64,000 nucleotides of DNA from Kiritimatiellia bacterium (GTDB taxonomy: Bacteria; Verrucomicrobiota; Kiritimatiellia; RFP12; UBA1067): contig JBMNFY010000010.1 in assembly GCA_050949565.1 (NCBI GenBank), positions 96,001 through 160,000 of the forward strand. Reading direction: 5' to 3'. How positions within the stretch are numbered: position 1 is the first letter of the stretch; each line of letters begins with the position of its first letter. Made by a program: the position numbers and the translations under genes. Under the pieces are notes generated by a model that was not told the DNA's origin, made no database searches, and worked only from the letters and a program-made list of their open reading frames with translations. Positions 58,841-64,000 of the stretch are shown in pieces.

Positions 58841-60307
58841 ATGTCAGAGGAACAACAACAATCGGTCAATGAGTACCGCGCGCAGCGCATTGTGAATCTC
58901 CGGAAGCTGGAGGAGTTGGGCTTCGAACCGTACGGACGGGCGTTCGAACGTACCCGTCTTTCCGAAGTACGCGCTGGATTTGAAGAGGATAAAAAAGTGC
59001 GGGCGGCGGGTCGGCTGATGACGATCCGGCGCATGGGCAAGGCCTCGTTCGCCACGATCAGCGACGGGACGGCCAACTTCCAGATCTTCATCAAGAAGGA
59101 TCTGCTCAGCGAGACGTTGTTCGAGGGCTTCAAACATCTGGACCTTGGCGATTTCATCGGGGTCGAGGGGCGGCTTTTCACGACCCGCGCGGGCGAGCCG
59201 ACCATTGAAGTGCATTCATGGAGTTTCCTGGGCAAGGCGATTTTACAGCCGCCGGAGAAGTTCCACGGCTTGCAGGATGTCGAGGAACGCTACCGCAAGC
59301 GGTATCTGGATCTGATGATGAATCCCGAGTCGCGCGACCGCTTCAACAAGCGCAGCGCGATCCTCGCGGAAATCCGTAACTTTTTGCATGCCCGCGGCTT
59401 TATCGAGGTCGAGACTCCGATGATGCAGGCTCAGGCCGGCGGCGCCGCTGCCAAGCCCTTCTACACGCACCACAACGCGCTCGATACCGAGATGGTGATG
59501 CGTATCGCACCGGAACTCTACCTCAAGCGCCTGATTGTGGGCGGTTTCGACAAGATTTTCGAACTGGGCAAGAACTTCCGCAACGAGGGCATCGACCGCA
59601 CGCACAATCCTGAATTCACGGTGCTCGAGGTCTACGAGGCGTATGGCGACCGCACCTCGATGAAGGCGATTATCGAGGGACTGCTGCCGCACCTCTGCGA
59701 GAAGGTTTTGGGACGCCTGACCGTCGAGTACGGCGAAGCCAAGGAGATTTTAGACTTCACGCCGCCTTACCGCGAGATCGCCTACAAGGACGCGGTCAAG
59801 GAGATGATGGGGCAGGACTGGTTCGATTTGACGGTGCAGCAGGCGCGTGCCAAGGCAGAGGCACAGGGGCTTGAGATCGATCCGGCGTGGGATCACCTAC
59901 TGATTACCCACGAAGTTTACGACAAATTGGTTGAAAAGACGTTGCGTCAGCCGACGTTCGTGACGCGCGTTCCGCGTCAGTTCGTGCCGCTGGCCAAAGC
60001 CTGCGCGGATGATCCGGAACTGGTCGACGTCTTTGAGTTTGTCGTTGCCGGCAAGGAGTTGTGCCCCGGCTATACCGAGCAGAATGACCCCGAAGCGCAA
60101 CGCAAAGCGTTTGCCGACCAGGTGGGCGAAGACACGGAAAAGATCGACGAGGATTTTATCACCGCGCTGGAGCACGGCATGCCGCCGACGGGCGGGCTCG
60201 GTATGGGGATTGACCGGCTGGTCATGATGCTGACCGGTACCGAGGTGATTCGCGACGTGATTCTCTTCCCGCAGCTGAAGAAACTGCAAACTCCCAGTCG
60301 GCAGTAA
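58841..60307 (+). CDS. lysS: lysine--tRNA ligase (class II)
   Basis: RRMGKASF, RYRKRYLDL, RIAPELYLKRL, FRNEG, HNPEFT, GMPPTGGLGMGIDRL. Confidence 0.97.
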   Translation: MSEEQQQSVNEYRAQRIVNLRKLEELGFEPYGRAFERTRLSEVRAGFEEDKKVRAAGRLMTIRRMGKASFATISDGTANFQIFIKKDLLSETLFEGFKHLDLGDFIGVEGRLFTTRAGEPTIEVHSWSFLGKAILQPPEKFHGLQDVEERYRKRYLDLMMNPESRDRFNKRSAILAEIRNFLHARGFIEVETPMMQAQAGGAAAKPFYTHHNALDTEMVMRIAPELYLKRLIVGGFDKIFELGKNFRNEGIDRTHNPEFTVLEVYEAYGDRTSMKAIIEGLLPHLCEKVLGRLTVEYGEAKEILDFTPPYREIAYKDAVKEMMGQDWFDLTVQQARAKAEAQGLEIDPAWDHLLITHEVYDKLVEKTLRQPTFVTRVPRQFVPLAKACADDPELVDVFEFVVAGKELCPGYTEQNDPEAQRKAFADQVGEDTEKIDEDFITALEHGMPPTGGLGMGIDRLVMMLTGTEVIRDVILFPQLKKLQTPSRQ

Positions 60308-60479
60308 GGCAGTGGGCAGTGGCGGTAAGGCTGTGAGGCGGTAAGGCAGTGAGGCGGTAAGGCTGTGAGGTGGCTCAGAACGCAGAACGTAGAACACAGA
60401 ACGCAGAAGTAGAAAACTCCTAACTCCTAAATCCTAAATAATCCGGGGGCGCGTTCAACGGAGTTGAATCGCCCCCGGG
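60302..60479. repeat. short tandem-repeat arrays followed by a GC hairpin
   Basis: ggtaagg/gtgaggc units, (CAGAACG)n, AACTCCT units, then CCGGGGGCG...CGCCCCCGG. Confidence 0.7.
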
Positions 60480-60548
60480 TTGAAGCTTGACTCTCATTGA
60501 AGAAACACGGAAAATACGCTCGTTTTCAATTCATTAGGAAATAACAGC

Positions 60549-61313
60549 ATGCGTGTAATAGGCGTGATCCCGTCGCGCTGGGGTTCGACGCGGTTTCCAG
60601 GCAAGAGCCTGCACCCGATTTGTGGGAAGCCATTGGTGCAGTGGGTCGTGGAAGCGGCGCGGCGGGCGAGTGCGCTTGATGACATTATGGTCGCCACTGA
60701 TGACGTCCGGATTGCGGACGCGGTGTCCGGTTTTGTCAAAGTGGCGATGACGCGCGCCGACCATCCATCCGGCACCGACCGGGTGGCCGAGGCGGCGCAG
60801 CCCAGCGATGACGATATCGTGATCAATATCCAGGGGGACGAGCCGTTGATCGATCCGGCGCTGATCAACGCGCTGGCCGCGCGTATGAAGGCAGATGCCG
60901 GCTGGGCCATGGCGACCGCTGCGTGTCCGATCCGTTCGATGCGCGATCTCGAAGCGCGTACGGTGGTCAAGGTGGTGTTGGCGCGTGACGGCGGGGCGCT
61001 TTACTTTTCGCGGCTGCCGATTCCGTGTCGCCGCGACGGTGAACCGGATTTGGCGTCCGGGCTCTATCTGCGCCACCTGGGCATCTATGCCTATCGCGGC
61101 GCGTTTCTGAAGCGGCTCGTGCGGGAGCCGCCGTGCCTATTGGAGCGGACTGAGAGTTTGGAGCAGTTGCGTGCCCTCTATCTGGGCGCGCGTATCGCGG
61201 TCATTCAGACCGAGGATTTGGGTGTGGGCGTTGACACGCCGGAGGATGTGCCGGCGGTCGAAGCAATGCTTAGGCAAAGAGTGGAAAGCGAAGGCCAGGA
61301 GTCGAAAGAGTGA
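60549..61313 (+). CDS. kdsB: 3-deoxy-manno-octulosonate cytidylyltransferase
   Basis: IPSRWGSTRFPGK, SGTDR, NIQGDEP, ALYFSR, ESLEQLR. Confidence 0.95.
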   Translation: MRVIGVIPSRWGSTRFPGKSLHPICGKPLVQWVVEAARRASALDDIMVATDDVRIADAVSGFVKVAMTRADHPSGTDRVAEAAQPSDDDIVINIQGDEPLIDPALINALAARMKADAGWAMATAACPIRSMRDLEARTVVKVVLARDGGALYFSRLPIPCRRDGEPDLASGLYLRHLGIYAYRGAFLKRLVREPPCLLERTESLEQLRALYLGARIAVIQTEDLGVGVDTPEDVPAVEAMLRQRVESEGQESKE

Positions 61314-62128
61314 GCGTGAAACAGGTCAAAGTGGGCAACGTCGTGTTCGGCGGCAAGCGGCTGGCATTCATTGCCGGACCGTGCGTGATTGAGTCGACCA
61401 AGGGCACGGTGGACCTCGCGGCGCGTCTGGTGCGGCTCGCAGAAGAGCTGGAGGTGCCGCTGGTTTTCAAGGCTTCGTTCGACAAGGCGAACCGCACCTC
61501 GGTGGATTCCTATCGCGGGCCGGGGTTGGTCGAAGGACTGGCGGTGTTGCAAGAGGTGCGTGACCGCTTCGGGGTGCCGGTCCTGACCGACATCCATGAG
61601 CCTGATCAGGCGGCGATTGCCGCCGAGGTGGTGGACATCCTGCAGATTCCGGCGTTCCTGTGCCGTCAGACTGACCTCGTGGTGGCGGCGGCGGAGACCG
61701 GCAAGGCGGTCAACGTCAAGAAGGGGCAGTTCCTCGCGCCTGAAGACATGGTCAACGTGATTGAGAAGATCCGTTCGGCCGGAAACGACAAGATCATCCT
61801 GACCGAGCGCGGGGCGAGCTTTGGCTATCACAATCTGGTGGCGGATATGCGCAGTTTGCTGATTATGCGTGAATTGGGCGTGCCGGTGGTGTTCGACGCC
61901 ACACACAGCGTGCAGCGGCCGGGCGGCGCGGGCAAGATGAGCGGGGGGGACGGACGCTGGGCACCGGCCTTGGCGCGCGCTGCGGTGGCGACGGGGGTCG
62001 ACGGCGTGTTCATGGAGACGCATGTCAATCCTGCCGAAGCCCTCTCGGACAAGGCGAACGCCATTCCCTTCAAGGATTTGAAACGATTGTGGCAAACGCT
62101 GGGAGCGATTCATGGTCTGGTGCGCTGA
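61310..62128 (+). CDS. kdsA: KDO8P synthase
   Basis: IAGPCVIE, SFDKANRTS, QIPAFLCRQT, KKGQF, DATHSVQ. Confidence 0.96.
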   Translation: MSVKQVKVGNVVFGGKRLAFIAGPCVIESTKGTVDLAARLVRLAEELEVPLVFKASFDKANRTSVDSYRGPGLVEGLAVLQEVRDRFGVPVLTDIHEPDQAAIAAEVVDILQIPAFLCRQTDLVVAAAETGKAVNVKKGQFLAPEDMVNVIEKIRSAGNDKIILTERGASFGYHNLVADMRSLLIMRELGVPVVFDATHSVQRPGGAGKMSGGDGRWAPALARAAVATGVDGVFMETHVNPAEALSDKANAIPFKDLKRLWQTLGAIHGLVR

Positions 62129-62657
62129 ACAGAGGCGCAGCGTATTGCGCGTGGCGCTGGCGGTCTTCGCGGCGAGCGTCGTCCAGGCGACGGCGACGGC
62201 CGAGGATCCGGACGTCGCGCGTTGGTTCAACCGGCACGACGATGCTGCGTGGCGTCCGTTGGCCGAACGTTGGTCAACGGCCAAGGCGGCCATGACGACG
62301 CCGGTCGAAAACCTCGCGTTGCCGCTGGACTACTACGAAGACGGGCGCATCCGGGCGCGGTTGCGCGCGGAAAAGGCGCAGGTCTTCACGAACGGCTTGA
62401 TTTTTGCGGAAGGTGTGACGGTAGAGCTTTTGACGGCCGAGGGAAAGCCAGACGGCGTGCTCACGGCCGAGGGATGCCTGTTTGATCGCGAGGCCCGGCA
62501 CGGGTACTGCGATGGTCGGGTGACGGTTGAAAAGGACAATGACCGGCTTAAAGGGCGCGGTATGTACTTTTCAACGGTGGGCGAGTATATTAAGATCATG
62601 GGCGAGTGCGAGATACGGACGTATCGCATTCGGAGTAATTTCGGGAGGCTCTTATGA
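62112..62657 (+). CDS. LptC-like LPS export protein
   Basis: N-terminal hydrophobic segment and beta-jellyroll-like pattern; sits between kdsA and lptA/lptB. Confidence 0.55.
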   Translation: MVWCAEQRRSVLRVALAVFAASVVQATATAEDPDVARWFNRHDDAAWRPLAERWSTAKAAMTTPVENLALPLDYYEDGRIRARLRAEKAQVFTNGLIFAEGVTVELLTAEGKPDGVLTAEGCLFDREARHGYCDGRVTVEKDNDRLKGRGMYFSTVGEYIKIMGECEIRTYRIRSNFGRLL

Positions 62658-63280
62658 AACTGAAACGGTTTACGGGGATGATTGTCGTGGCGGCGGGGTT
62701 GCTGGCGGCGGCAGGTGTGTTTGCCCAAGCGGCGGCGGATGGCGGCGCGGCCAAGGAGGTCGGAGAGGCCAAGGAAGCCGGCGCAACCAAGGAAGCCGGC
62801 GTGGCCAAAGTAACCGATGCGAAGGCGGCGGGGGCTGGGACGCAGGCGGAACCCCAGCGCGAGGCGGTGATCACCGCTGAACGCATTGAGTTTGACAATA
62901 AAGAGGGTGTGATCCTTTTTGATGAAAATGTGGTGGTGGACGACCCACAGTTCATGATGAGCTCGGACCGCCTGCTGGTGTTCATGGAGGGAACCAACGA
63001 CGTGCAGCAGATTATGGCGGTCGGCAAGGTGGTCATCACCAACCTCAACCGGTTGGCGAGTTGTGACAAGGCAGTCTATACCAGAAAGGATGGCCAGATC
63101 GTGATGACCGGCAATGCCCGCCTGATGCGGCAGGGCGATGAGGGCGGCGAGGTGACCGGTAACCGCATTACGTTCTGGCTGGACGATGAGCGGATGGAGG
63201 TGTCGCCGGGACGCGTGGTGCTGCCGCCGGGTACCTTCAACAAAGCCGACACCAAGAAACTGATCCCGCAGGGAATGTGA
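62654..63280 (+). CDS. lptA: LptA/OstA family protein
   Basis: ITAERIEF, AVGKVVI, CDKAVY, MTGNARL, VTGNRIT; precedes lptB. Confidence 0.8.
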   Translation: MKLKRFTGMIVVAAGLLAAAGVFAQAAADGGAAKEVGEAKEAGATKEAGVAKVTDAKAAGAGTQAEPQREAVITAERIEFDNKEGVILFDENVVVDDPQFMMSSDRLLVFMEGTNDVQQIMAVGKVVITNLNRLASCDKAVYTRKDGQIVMTGNARLMRQGDEGGEVTGNRITFWLDDERMEVSPGRVVLPPGTFNKADTKKLIPQGM

Positions 63281-63288
63281 TTTCACGA

Positions 63289-64000
63289 ATGAATGATGCA
63301 GTTGAACAAAACATCGAGCGAGAGCCGGATATTCAAGCGGACGGCTTGGTGAAGCATTACGGGACGCGCACCGTCGTGGATGGTGTGTCGCTGCACGTCT
63401 CGTGTGGCGAGATCGTCGGTCTGTTGGGGCCTAACGGAGCGGGCAAAACGACCACCTTTTACATGGTGGTGGGCTTGGTGCGTCCGAATGACGGTACGGT
63501 CACGTTCCGCGGGCAGGACATCACGCGCATGCCGGTCTACCGTCGTGCGCGGCTTGGACTGGGTTATCTGGCGCAGGAGCCCTCCACCTTCCGTAAGCTG
63601 ACGGTGGAGGAGAATGTGCTGGCGATTCTTGAAACCATGGATTTGACGAAAGCCGAACGCCGCGCACGCGCCGAGGAACTGCTCGCCAGCCTGAACCTGA
63701 CGAAGGTTGCCCGGCAACGCGCCTACACGCTGAGCGGCGGCGAGCGGCGCAAGCTTGAGATCGCGCGCGCACTGGTGCGCAGTCCGGCGATCCTGATGCT
63801 GGACGAACCGTTCAGCGGGGTGGATCCGTTGGCGGTGCATGACATCCAGGAGATCGTCAGGGGGCTGCGCGACCGCGGGCTCGGCATCATCGTGACCGAT
63901 CACAACGTTCGCGAGACGCTGTCGATCGTGGACCGTGCTTATCTCGTTTATGACGGTAAGATCCTGCGCGAAGGATCGAGTGATTTCTTAGTGCAGGATG
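63289..64000 (+). CDS. lptB: LPS export ABC transporter ATP-binding protein (partial, runs off the window)
   Basis: GEIVGLLGPNGAGKTTTFYM, LSGGERR, LDEPFSGVDP, TDHNVRETL. Confidence 0.93.
   Translation, partial: MNDAVEQNIEREPDIQADGLVKHYGTRTVVDGVSLHVSCGEIVGLLGPNGAGKTTTFYMVVGLVRPNDGTVTFRGQDITRMPVYRRARLGLGYLAQEPSTFRKLTVEENVLAILETMDLTKAERRARAEELLASLNLTKVARQRAYTLSGGERRKLEIARALVRSPAILMLDEPFSGVDPLAVHDIQEIVRGLRDRGLGIIVTDHNVRETLSIVDRAYLVYDGKILREGSSDFLVQD

Noticed and set aside
49061-60438. Short repeat arrays as CRISPR
   Set aside because: The period is about 7 bp with no unique spacers and no cas genes

Overview
High-GC bacterial window. The gene content and the style of the exported proteins suggest a PVC-superphylum genome, probably Kiritimatiellae/Lentisphaerae-like (inference). 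Most of it is housekeeping: gltX, argJ-argB-argD, a chromate transporter pair, CCA enzyme, nadC, coaX, comF, pheS-pheT followed by 6S RNA, xseB-xseA-ymdB-rny, menG/ubiE, a DeoR regulator with a fused E1 dehydrogenase, nikR, lysS and kdsB-kdsA-lptC-lptA-lptB. The main unusual region is a ~9 kb minus-strand island (32.2-41.3 kb) built like a polymorphic toxin locus. It has a large Sec-exported protein with Ca-binding repeats and a C-terminal alpha/beta-hydrolase, followed by an array of variant hydrolase C-termini. Each C-terminus is coupled through an ATGA overlap to a divergent membrane-anchored partner gene (putative immunity), and a MITE-like element cuts off the array. The window also holds decayed accessory genes not shown intact in the ORF track (Phd/ParE, RhuM, CmpX-like), two genes broken by frameshifts (pseudogenes or sequencing errors) and a rich set of intergenic repeats (REP-like palindromes, a composite TIR element, heptamer arrays). 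No rRNA, tRNA or CRISPR was seen. All calls were made by eye, without database searches.
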